NCBI RefSeq assembly: GCF_022539665.2
Contig: NC_081331.1
Span: forward strand, 8,804,001-8,868,000
Reading direction: 5' to 3'
From: Daphnia carinata
Taxonomy: Eukaryota
DNA: 64,000 nucleotides
Part shown: positions 13,010 to 25,200 of the stretch, one piece after another
How positions within the stretch are numbered: the stretch's first letter is position 1
Layout of the letters: each line of letters opens with the position of its first letter
Notes under the pieces: model-generated
The model's database searches: none
Told to the model about the DNA's origin: nothing
Seen by the model: the letters and a program-made list of their open reading frames with translations, nothing else
Translations under genes and position numbers: made by a program

Positions 13010-14139
13010 TTTTTTAATAGTTGGTGAAAGGTGACATTTCAATAAGTGGGGACAATATAGAAAACAAACCATACAAAATAGAGCGAGACTATATAATTTG
13101 GCAGAAAATAAAATAAAATGTTTCACCTCATCATGTGGGTTTCTTAAACTAAATAGAACAAAAATTTAAAAGAAGGAGGTAAGAAATCGAAGGTGAAAAA
13201 TATTCTACGGCTTTTGAAAAGTCAACGATTTTCCGTCGGTGTCTCAATAGCTGAGCTATGGCAAAAGGGGAAGAAAAATATAGGGCACTGGAATATAACT
13301 GTGTTTTCGGGGGGAAGAAAATTTTATCCATCATAATAACTAGTATCGTTGGAAAGAGGAGAAGATAATCTTAATTATCGAAAAGAGAAAAATGTTAAAA
13401 TAGTTTATGGTTTAGCGAGGTGGACAAGAAAAAAATTAAAAATTCTACGGCGGAAAAGTTTTTGCCGCGCAAGGTCATACACTGCGGTGTGGAAACGAAA
13501 GGGAAAGTGAAAACTAGTATGTGCAAGAGTTGGAAACTAAAATGCAAAGAGTTGGAGCTACGACTTTGGAGAGTGTAAAGGAAAAGAGATTCACAGTGGA
13601 AATAAAGTACAAGGAAATTCTACATCGTTATTTAGGAAAAATTTTCGTTTGTGGTGGGTCTCAAATGCTACTTGTTAGGTTTTAGTATCTTGTTATTTTT
13701 CGAAATTATACTACTACTCATTTTACGGCACTGGGAGAGGGAGATTTTATAAGAGACATACACTAGAGAGAAAATGGGAAAAGAACAAGTATTATATAAC
13801 ATTGTTCTACTGAATACAAAATAATGATTGGATGAAGAAGGGTGCCAGAAAAGTATCATAAGAAAGCATACGGCACATAAGAAAAACGTATTGTTCGTTT
13901 TTTTTTTTTTTTTTTTTTCATGAATATGCTCATGTATAAATGGTTCTGCTTATCGAAATAATTATTCTTTTCAAGATCAGTTTTTTTCATTTTTTTTTTT
14001 TTTCAATTTACGGATAAGCATGAAGTCGAACGTGTTGTATCGAACTTCAATAAGTAATACAGAGTTCGTCCTCTGACTGTTTTTTTCTCTTTGCAGATGA
14101 ATGTACTTTTTCTGCCCTTTACCAATATTATTTATTTTC

Positions 14140-15287
14140 AATTGTGATAAACAATCTGCATTTTTATGAATATGCCCTGGCTTATACTTGAATTCATAAT
14201 TTAATAAAATTGGGATACACGAGAACTGGTGGTGTCACTAGAGAAGTGCGCAAGTTCTCAAAAGCGATTTGTTCTTCGGCTCCCCATATAAAAGGTTTCC
14301 TACTAAGATCTGTACTTTATACTCCAAAATTTTTCTTTGATTACTTGTAACTCAATAAGGGCGTTGTCGAATAGGGCCTCGTCCTTCTGTATCAATTGTA
14401 TGTTTTATGAGATTAATTTTCCCTAATTCTGAATCTTTTGATGCTAACAAGTCGTGAAAGTTATTTACTAATTTTGAGAGCGGTGCTTAAAATTCAGAGT
14501 CGACTTCTGAAATGAAAACTGGCTCAGCTTCTGCTTTAGGGTTATCTTCCAATTTCACTAGAGAAATTTTTTCGATAACGTTATTAATAATTTCAATTAC
14601 GCCTAATGTAGTTTTTCTAGGAATTTTGATTTGATATAATGAATGATTTTCGACCATATTTTATAAGTTCCATCTCCCGATACATTTCCAATAAATTCTT
14701 TTTAATATAAATGCCTGCTGGCAAATCTTGTGCTGGGGTAAATATAAATGCTGTATTTTGTGGGACATACGGAAATGAATCTTTCATTTCCGCTGCAACT
14801 ACTATCGACGTCTGACGAAATAGCGTCGTCTTTTTGACCGTGTAACTGCCATGTCCGGTACCTCAGAGATGGCTGATCCCTGCTCATCCCTCGCTAGGTA
14901 AATGCTCCTGGCTTCTCCGTCAAGCCGAAATCCGTGTTTCTGGATTGCATCCCATCCAAGGATACAGTCCACAGAAACACCATTAGTAACGATAAATTCT
15001 CGCTTAAAAACTGACTCTCCGTATCGAACGGGTAAAATAACTCTTCCCAGCGTATGTAATTTCTTCTCCCCTACATTATATAAATCGAAGTCAAGCTGAC
15101 TGCAGATCACCTGACTTCTAGGGGGTAACTTATTAAATAATCTCTCGTGAATAATATTTTTTAGACGCGTCTGTATTTGTAACGGGATCTGAAAAATCTT
15201 TACTGGAATTCTTGGGGTCGATTCATTCGTTAATATAGTGGGTAAATTTTGCGACTTTTTGGGATTTAACGTGAGGCTGCCTATCAA
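14140..15287 (-). pseudogene. pol: Degenerate, internally deleted pol (protease, RT N-terminus, connection, RNase H end); protease part duplicated at 10581-11066
   Basis: DCILGWDAIQK (retropepsin); HTIDTEGRGPIRQRPY* (RT N-terminus); FIWGAEEQIAFENLRTSLVTPPVLVYPNF; YKPGHIHKNADCLS. RT YxDD core and integrase not seen. Confidence 0.85.
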
Positions 15288-15311
15288 CTGACCCGAAGTT
15301 ACAATTGATAA

Positions 15312-16177
15312 TTATTGGTTTCCATGACGCTGAAATGGACCTGGAATATAAGGTCTATGGGAATTTCTTAACTCAGTACCAGTATTAGATTTATGTCCGA
15401 ATTCACGACAAGCATAATAGATTGGAGGTTGGTATTGTTCCCAGTTTTGACGCTGAAATTGATGACAATTGGACTGACTGTGTCCACGATTTCTACAAAA
15501 ATTGCAAACTACTATGGGCTGATCTGATCTGTAATTAACATCGTTAGCTGGTCTAAAGAAAAAGGGCGAGAATGGCGTAGGTCTATTCGGGAATCTAGCA
15601 TGTTGGTAAGAATTGGTGTTAGTATTGGGGCGATGAGGGGAGGTCTCCAATTTCTCTCTCGACTGATGCTATCCGTTTGAAATGAAACTTGCATCCCATA
15701 CGGAGCACCCGTCAAAGAAACATAACCCATTTTATCCATTAGGAGCTGTGTTACAACCTGCGTAGGCTCGTGCAGAACTTCTTTAATTTCATCCTTCTCC
15801 GAATTTTGGATTCTCTGCGTGTCTATAGCCCTGACTGATTTTAGCACCTCATTCTTGACTATTTCCTTCTGATCAATTAATATTTGTGTAAGTTCCCTCA
15901 GTTCCGAATCTATTGTGTCCTATGACTCGTCAATCGCTCTAACAAATTCATGTTCCTCACGGTCCGTCTCCAAAGCTTCTAAACGAACGCCATAAACAAG
16001 CATTGATGCAACAAATTCGTTGAAGGCACTAAATTCCTTGTACCTTACTTTAGCTTGCAATTGTGATTCTAATCCCTCAATAAATTTATGCATAATTAGG
16101 ATCGAAAAAGACTTTTCTGTATAGACTTCCGGATATGCTGTTGTTTTAAATTTTTGTAAGCGACGAGCATAATCCAC
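15312..16177 (-). pseudogene. gag: Degenerate gag (second copy at 11091-11957)
   Basis: DYARRL...KFIEGL capsid-like segment; CCHC knuckle CNFCRNRGHSQSNC and degenerate YACREFGHKSNTC; interrupted by stops and frameshifts. Confidence 0.85.
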
Positions 16178-16285
16178 GATCTTTTGCTACTGGCGTTACG
16201 GAAATTATGGGGTGTTCACAAGGGTACGAGAAATCTTATGTCCGCCATAAATAACATCATTCATCATTGTGATCGAGTTCGAAAA

Positions 16286-16298
16286 ACCGCTGCCACCA
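16286..16298 (-). promoter_or_regulatory. Primer-binding site for tRNA-Leu (second copy at 12066-12078)
   Basis: Minus strand TGGTGGCAGCGGT is complementary to the tRNA-Leu 3' end ACCGCTGCCA plus CCA. Confidence 0.9.
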
Positions 16299-16301
16299 TA
16301 A

Positions 16302-17044
16302 TGTAAAGCATCTTCCCGTGTGGGATGATGGACTTTACGGATTAAGACAAATAAATGTAAATTGAACTCGAGGCGTTTTACCCACAATGATGTATGTATT
16401 ATATCAGCTAAGACATAAGAGTTAAAAAGACAAAGAACAAAGAAGAAGAAGAAACATTCAAGAAACAAGTCAAAAGAAACAAATATAATTGGGTCTTACC
16501 GTGATCACACGTATAGAGAACGAGAAGAAAAACGACACAAGGCGGGCGTGATACGCAACTTCCACGAGAGCGATACACAAACAATAGTTCAAAACAAATG
16601 GAACTAGACAGTCGAATCACCGCGAATAATTCTAAGTCTAAACAATTTTACTGGACTGACTCGGCGAATAAAATGTTAAGTAAAAGGCACAAATTCAAGC
16701 ATAACATTAATAAAGTAATAGAAATGCTTTCAGGCAACTACTCGAATCGGCTGCAAGTTCTAGTCTGATCTTCCTCAGATGCTGGGTTAACCACGGAACT
16801 TTGCATATTGCAAAGTGGCGTGATTGGGAGGAGCTTGTAGGCTGCACGCGGTTGACCAATTAAAAGACGCGTTCAATATGGCGTGATATTGATGACGTAT
16901 CGCCTGCGTGAATCATCTTGCAGGTGTTCATCTAGGTCACCCGCGCTGCGTATGTTGCGGTGCAATTAATATGTTCACCCTTGATGAGTAATAAAGACAT
17001 CGAGAAGAAATATATGTTGAAGATGTCTATTTGGCTTCGTTACA
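16302..17044 (-). repeat. 5' LTR (743 bp)
   Basis: tgtaaagc...cgttaca; appears identical to 12082-12824; PBS lies next to it on the minus strand. Confidence 0.92.
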
Positions 17045-17881
17045 GATACAAGATATTCTACAGGCTCGTATTTAAAAATATTAAAAGCTTCGTCCATTTT
17101 ATTAAATTTAAAAATTCTAATTAAGGTTTTCCCCTTATGAAACTCATGTTTAGGCCTCGGAGACGATTAGATTTAGCCCAGTCTACGCACGATCCACACC
17201 GAAAAAAGGATAATCAAGCAAGATCAATCTTCAGGGGTGCGGTTCGTACGGTGCATTGGGGTTGAAACGGTATACGTAAATGGTCATATGTTACTTTCTG
17301 TAAGTCATACAATATTTCTCGTTTTTGCAATTTACAAATTCCGTATTTTGTAGCTGAACACGTGAACCTTGGACTACAATTTATATTTTTCCGGTTTAGT
17401 TAGCAGAAAAAGCGTGAAAAGGTGAAGAAGTACCGTAAAAGAATTTTAAGGGTCAGTAAACGTCAGATTAAACATTCAGCTAAACGAGGTGCAACAAAAA
17501 TCTGATCGAAGATTGTTATTTGGGGTAATTGTGTAATTTATTTGGCACGATTCTGGCCGTTGTAGAAAAATAATGCACCACGTAGCAAAAAAACCCGCAG
17601 TGGAAGAAGCATAACCAAAGATTAGAAAAGACATAATCCAAACAAACCATAAGATTACGCGGGACCAAGTGCAGCTCAGCATCCACTGCAAACAGGCCTA
17701 GATGCTCATATTAATTATGGATTAAATTGGTTAAAAACGCGAGATTAGATAACCTACATAACTATTGTAACAAATTTAAAAATGTGATTAAAAAAAAAAA
17801 CTAGAAAAGCTTTTTCGAGATAACATAGCTCCATACTACAGTTTTTTAACCAGTTCCCTTTTTTTCATCGGTTGCGTGCGT

Positions 17882-18693
17882 TAGTGTTCTTTCGAATAAC
17901 AATTTTTCGAATAAAAATTTTTTTCTGAATAAAAATTCGCATAAATCTTCATTTTTATTTTCGAATAAATCATTATTCAGTCTATTCTTATTAGTAAAGA
18001 AACTATTTTACACTTTAATATAAAAATATTAACTCTATCAAATAAAATAAAATAAATATATTAAAATGTTACCTGTCAATCGAAGAATAGTCTCTCCTCA
18101 CTCAAGTCAAAACAAAAGATCAAACTAAATTAAAATAAAACTAAAGACACCCTGAATTTAAATGGGATATTACAGAGGGAAAGAAAAGCAATGAATAAAG
18201 AAGGCCGGTTTCGGCGTTGTTGCAAGGAAAATTTTATGCTCTTCGCATTATGAAAAAAAATCTATTCAAGTATTGTACTTTGGTTATTATATATTGTCAT
18301 TTGTTACAGTATAAGTTCGGAAGAATTCATAGTGTGAGTAAGTGAGTTGGGTGTTTGAGCTTACTGAGTTCTGAATTGCGACTGATAGATCAGATAAAGA
18401 TTAAGAGTTGTTTTCTTGGTTCGTATTTTCTTAACCCAACCCCTGTTTTTGTTGGTTTCCCCCATAGTAAAAAGAATAAAAATTCAAACGTAACCGTTGA
18501 ATTTTGAAAACCAAGAGCAGTCATTTTATTCGAAATTGTATCCGCACTTTCTTCCAAATAAGAATAAAAGAAATGATTTATTCCAATTCTTTATTCTTTC
18601 CACTTGAATTTTATTCATTACTTTTATTTTTTATTCTTAAAATGTCGATATTATTCTTATTCTTATTGATTTCCCTTATTCGGAAGAACACTG
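17882..18693. mobile_element. Probable hAT-like MITE remnant
   Basis: Inverted ends tagtgttctttcgaataa / ttattcggaagaacactg; many GAATAA/TTATTC subterminal motifs; no clean TSD. Confidence 0.45.
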
Positions 18694-19274
18694 CTTTTTA
18701 CAATGTTGCTTCAGGGTTCATGGTAAAAAATACCATAATGCTCTAATGGTAGCAAACACAAAATTCTGCCATTTAGAAAAAAGGACAATATTTGGATTCC
18801 ATGACATGTCTGTCCTTTTGAATCAGGAGTGGCGATTAAATATACGAATCATAGAATTATTTAAAATCTGACATGGTTTCACGGCGATTTAAAAATATTT
18901 ATGACTTTTATTTCAATTTGAGCTTTCAATAGAAGCTAAACTTCAGTCAACATATTCTGACCATGAAAAGTTAAATGTTTCTGCACTTATAATAATCAAT
19001 TGAGTTTGGTTCTACATGTGTCCAAAATGTAAGACAAAAAATAGCTAGGTTGAAACGAAATATTATAAACTGGTGACGCTTTAAGCTTATGCTTGTGTTA
19101 AAAAATTAAAACAGTTTTGTAGTCTTTTAAATAACAAGTAGTACAACTTAAAACAATCTATAACATATTAAAACCAATGCAAGAGCGATGGTTCGCAGGA
19201 CTGGTCATATCTTTGGGAGCGAATTGACTACTGTCAACAGTGAACTTTTTTTTGGAAGGAAATCTTCGTTGACA

Positions 19275-22200
19275 TCATGAATTGTTCAACAAATTTTGGT
19301 GATCTTGAGAGGACAGTGGTTGCTCAACTCCTGTAGGTTCTGCGTGACAATGAATACAATGAAGGCATATAGCACAGTGGCCTATTTTATTTGCCAATAC
19401 GGATCGCAATTTCAATGCTGGTCCAAGTTTCATGTTCATGCTCGTGATTAAGTGTTCTTCGGTCAGTAAGGGAAGAGTACTACCGTCGATTGATTGGTCT
19501 TCAAATGCCTAAAATAACACGTGTAAAATATAAATACGTTATATCTTTTATGGGCTAAGTTGAGTTTAACATATGTGACGCTCTAGTTAAAAAAAAATCT
19601 GTTACAATGGTGTATTTGCACTGCTGCAGGTTATTCCTGGTCGCGCAGTATCAGTAATTAGCACAACCTTTTTCCTAACCGAGGCAATGATGACGGCAGA
19701 AATGACATTTCAACTATTCCGCGATTGTTGTGTGTATTCCGAAAACCCGCTAACGAATAGATAGATTTTGTAGCGCCCTAAGAAGATTATCCTCGGAAAT
19801 CGTCTTTTTACACAGAATCTGTTGACCTACTGTATAATCCTTCTTTCTAAGCTCGAATTGCGAAACGCAAGCTTCGGAAAAAAAAATTTCTAAAAATAAT
19901 TACAGACCCTACCGCTAAAAATTCAGTGCCGAAACCAACAAGCTGCAAGAAGATTCGACGGCACTATGGACTTTTTGATTATTTATCATGATGGCTGTGC
20001 GTACTAGTGAAAACATTTCCCATTTAGACATTAAAACTGATAAATAGTAAAACGTAAAACTAGTGAAGGGCGTTAAGATGAAAATTATGGTGCGCAAAGG
20101 AGTAGAATATAGGATCCTCCAAGAGTTTAGCTTTAAAAAGAGAATACAAAAAACAAAAGAAAAGTTATCCAGAGAGCAGACGTATCCCACGAATTACTCA
20201 GTTTTCCCTTATTCAGCGGAATTATTCGCAAAACAAAATATTAACTGGCTCAAGGTTCAATTTTGACCATGTATTTAGATTAGTGGAATGTGTCCAAAAG
20301 CCACACCTGGTCAAGCGTGGCCCTGAATGCCCAAGGGTTTGCCGTTCCATGGACTGGAAAAGACTATGTAGAACTCTGATGGGATTTTTTGCTTTTCGAG
20401 CGTCTTTTGACTTAGATTTAGTGAATGAATACGCTTTTCAAACGCAACAGACCGGCATAACATAATTAATCTGCCTACATGCAATGGCTACACCCTGAAA
20501 AGCTGAAGCTAAAAGTTAAAACTAATAATGAAATACTGCTACTGTAACTCTACATTAAAAGCCCTCTTTGTTTATATTACCCCCCGACCTCCTCAATGAG
20601 TAGATATCCAAGTGAAATGTAAAGTTTTTAGTGCGGGGAACTTCAAGTTCTGTATGTTGGAATTATATTTATACCTTAAAATTACAAAATTGTGGAAAAA
20701 GCTTGCTTACCTGGGCATATTCAGAACAGATATCAATACTTTTGACGAAATCCACTACGTGGCTGATTGACCACTTTTGGACTTCAACTGCAGCAGCGCT
20801 ACAAGAATGAGCGGCACAACTCAAACGGCAGTTTGGCAGCAGCTGTGCAATTGCTGGTTTGTTCTGAATTGCTACTTTATTTTCTCCACGAGCATTAATG
20901 GTGTCTGATGAGAAGCGTGAGGGCGGTGACTTCCTGCCAATAGGAGGGAATTGCCTCCCAGCAATGTTATTTGGGTCCATGGCAGGCGACCGAGAAGAAG
21001 AAAGTTGGGAAAACCGACTACGGCCTAGCGATTCGAGTTGCGAATCCATGTATGGACGCTTTGCCATGGAAGCGCTTAGATCCAATGGGATGTGAGACGC
21101 CACTGCAACCGTTTCGACTGATGAACGTTTCAACGTGGCGGGACCAGGTCGGGTAGTCGTATCGCTAATGTATGGATCTATGCGCGGCGAACCACGAGCT
21201 GTAGCCGAACGGACAATGCTCAGCAGCGCTTGAGTTGAACTCATGTCCATAGCAGGCCCAGCATGGAAGCCAGGTGGCAGAGCATGGCGGATACTGTTGT
21301 CTTGGCCCAATCCACTCAAAGGCAGCAATGGAGTTGTAGAAAATTCCCTCCTTTCTTTCTTGCCAGTTTCTGCCAATGCAGAAGCCATTTCATAGTGTTT
21401 ACTAGCAGCGAGCGCATGAGAGGTGAACGTATTCAGCGGAAGATTAAAGAGTGGGAATGGGGGTGACTGTGAGGACCCTTCGCCGAATATCAAGTCTTTA
21501 CAGGATGCTCGTGAGTCTAAGATTGACATGAGGCTGTTTGTTTGCTGCGATCGGTAATCGTTGGAATTGTTGTACTTCGCCGCCAAACTACGCATGAAAT
21601 CACTGTAGTTCCGAGACATTTGAAGACCTTCCGACATAGGTTTGTTATTGGATGCGTTGTAGTTCCCCGGGCTAAATCGTTCCGCTGGAGAGACACACGA
21701 ATTATTGGGCGTTTCTGCTGTTGAGGGTGTAGGAGGCCGGAAGGAATGGGAAATGGGGCTGCATGGTGAGGCACTCCGTGAAGAAGCCGTGCCCGTCTCC
21801 ATGTCGGGGCTGAAACGTTCATGTTTTACATTTGCAGACGGAGAAGTGTTGCGTCCAACTTTTTTGCGACGAGCTTTATTTGATAGTGAAGCTTTTACGC
21901 TCGACGTGTTAAACGGGACACTTTCTTTCTTAGGACGATTATCTAAAATTGCAAACAAAAATGATACATAAATACAACGTTATTAGATGCCAAGTAAGGT
22001 AGCATGCAATCACGTTTTTAATATTCCATACGGTTAGTAAACCACGCGTATTCTAAGTAATACATAATAAAAAAGTATGTATATAGTAAGACATACCATG
22101 CATGTTTTGACCCAAGTAGTCTACCAATTCGAGCATCGGGATTTTAGTTTGATTTAACGTAACAAGACATTGGTATTCTCTGTCTTTTATTGTTCACTTT

Positions 22201-25200
22201 GAAACGCAGTGAAAGCATGTTTTATTATTTTTTGGGGAGAACGATGTAATGTTGTTGATAGCTTTAAAAAAATGGTATAACATGTTAAACAAGGTGGTAT
22301 TTAAAATAATTTTTTGCTTATTAATTTTCTTTACTGCTCAAAACAATTTTATTTTAAATGAGTGTGGATTGAGGTAATAGCTGGAATAGAAAACTCTACC
22401 TTCTTGCGTAATCCTACAGCAGTTACAGATTCGATAGTTAAGTTTTTAGTAACCTTTTTAAGTTATACTTTCTGATAAAATCTGGTTTTTTGCTAACTCT
22501 TCGTGTTTCTCTATCATTTACAAAAGCCGCTAAAAGTCCCCCAAAAATGTCAAATCAAGTCACTCAATATTCCGCAGTTTGCGGACCCCGCGAGGCTCGG
22601 TAAACCTTAGAATGTTACTGCTGCACATTTGCAATAACTGAATTATGCTTAATTTTGCTAAAGGTGTGTGAATTAGATTGGAAAATCTATTCAAGTGTTT
22701 TTGACTACAGTTTCAATGGCTCACTCAAAGATTGGGGAAAGTGTAGCCTAAAAGTATAACGAAGCTGAGCCATTAGGAACAGATCAAAAAGTACAGGCAG
22801 AAGCAAGGAATGGAAGCAACAAACAGCAATAGTCGGAGGTAATAATTTATAAATACACGTTCTAATTAGGTTTTTTGGTTAAACTCTTTTTCCGAATGGG
22901 AAACTGCATTAAAAAAATTTAAAAAATTTAAAAAAAGTGCCGCAAACTATGTCACAAGAATTGCATCTTCAAGTTGTGCATACAACAGCGCAAAGGAAAT
23001 AGCAAGATGTAGACATCTTTGCAGTTTCAGTTGAGAGCAAATTCAAACCCACGGAAAGGAGAAGGGAACTTACTGTAACACCATTTGGGCCATATGACAG
23101 GACTGTCTGCATCCATAGTGGCCATTTTGTTAGAAAGCTCGAGGGTATAGTGGCCAGCAATTGGGAGTCGATCACCGAAAACTAACCTCAATGGGCGACA
23201 CTGGAGTATTTGTGCGGTTAACTTCGTCCCAACTGATGGGTATACGTATGACTGGTCACCGCTGCCAACGCACCAAGAAAAGAATAGTTCTCAAGGATTC
23301 TTGTCGCTAACTTTCGTCAAGGTCCAGTTGATGTCCGGTTTCTCTCGACTTTCGAGTCGAATTCTCTCTCAGCATTAGTCTTGTTCTTCAAGCGAGCCTC
23401 CTCAATGTGAAGAACTCGCGACACCCAAACAACGCAAATGGACGCACTGATGAGCTTTTCTTACTTGATTGACCAAGCGGAAAGTCGTGACTGCAATCAA
23501 CGAAGCACGGAATATTTATCCTGCTTCTCTCCTTCAGGCTGTACGAGTGTGGTTCAATGCCAGTGCTACTGGCTGAGTTGACACGCTCTAAAAGACCCAC
23601 AAAAGACGAAAAAATGGGACGATTGTTTCGGTAGTTGACCATATGGCTTAGAAATGATGGCAATTCCCTCTGCTTTTTCAATCGTAGTTAACCGCGTGAT
23701 TGCGAGTCTGGTACTGAAGACAAAAAATCTGCCCACTGTTCGAAGGTAAAGAAGAAAACGCGCACGAACACCGAGACCGTGGACACTGCGGATGGATGGA
23801 AACGAGGTAGCGAAGGGGAGGTCGTTAAGAAGGATTTTTTTTTTTCGTTTTGTTTGTAGAACTCCTACCGCAACTGAAAATAACACCCCACCTTTAAGGT
23901 GGTTGGCGCACAACTACCTTCAACCAGATTCCGATATGAAGAAACAACCCCATTTACCACTTAAACAGTGAACAAGCCGGCGGTTTTTGCTTCAGGCAAC
24001 TGAATATATCAATGCTGTAGAGACAAGCATCGTAATAAGCTAATGGCACGTACCCATGTTTTTCTACACATTTGTATAATAAATAAGCGACCTATTTATT
24101 AAGTTATTTTTAATCAGTTTCTATTTCTATTGTTTATAGATTTGTAGAAATATACGTTGATAATGACTTCCTTTCTAAATCTGAGAAGCCCTGAATGAAA
24201 TATGGCATCTTATTGACTCATTTGCCAGTGCGACAAGAAAAGAAAATTCAGTTATTTACTTTTCTAGTTGGTAATAATAGAATTTTAGTCTACAACCATT
24301 GCACAAGGAAATCGTAGTAGACAGACCATTGCAGAGCCAACACACTTAGGATGCGCTACAAAAAGAGAAGAAAAAAAAACTAAAAAAAAAAAAAAACGGA
24401 CAAAAGAAAGGGTTTAAAAAAATTGTGATATTGAATCCAAAAGTAACTGTTTGAGACAGTATGAATTCCAAACTGTCATCAAAAACCGTAAAAAAAAACA
24501 ACAAAAACAAAAGAACGTTGAACACGTAAATGCCAAAACCATTTCAACTCCCAGAAACATTTTTGGCTGAAAATAGCGGTGAAAATTTTATCTTCCCCAC
24601 ATTCGCCACTTTGGACTAAACGACGGACACACAATTTCAGCATGTTTTAAAACCAAATCAGCATTTTAATTCTTGGTTTCTTTTATGTTCTTCTATTCTA
24701 TTCTCTTAAGTTTTCGTTATGCTATTGAGTTATCCCTACTTGTTCTAGCGTTCTGGAAATAGCTATATGCTTGCTTTAAATTATAAAGTTAGAATGCCTT
24801 TTTATTGTTTGGTAGACCCTACTTGAGGTTTAATAGTCTACACTGGAATAGACGTGAATGATAGTCTTTGAAATGTTTGTTTGTCCAAACTAATTATCAC
24901 CAGATGCAAACGCCATTAACATATTCTTGTCTGTCATGTATGTTGTAAATACTCTGTAAAAGTAAGAAGTACTATCTTTTAGAAAATATTTGACTACTCA
25001 TGTGCAACCGAAACTGCGAAAAAAATGGTAACTGAGAAACTGTTAGTGAAATTACTAGTCGACACTTTTTCGATTACCATAATCTTCGCTGACGGTTTTT
25101 CCAAAAGCTTCGGACATATCGAAAATGTAATGTATCAAAGGGAACGGAGCGTAAAGTCGTAGACCAGATAACTGATTTCGCATTGCGGTGATACCATCCC

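Larger units (their letters stand above)
10336..17044 (-). mobile_element. Tandem non-autonomous Ty3/Gypsy LTR retrotransposon (LTR-internal-LTR-deleted internal-partial LTR)
   Basis: TG...CA LTRs; GATA flanks at 10332-10335 and 17045-17048; PBS, gag zinc knuckles, protease and RT/RNase H remnants; 4220-bp period. Confidence 0.92.

Noticed and set aside
13150..13690. Possible antisense ORF in the 3' region of the retroelement
   Set aside because: Broken by stops; the open stretches are explained by strong purine bias on the plus strand
23447..23495. Hammerhead-like CTGATGA-gctt...aagc-GGAAA
   Set aside because: Extra G before GAAA, a 2-nt stem III loop, G at the cleavage position and a weak stem I
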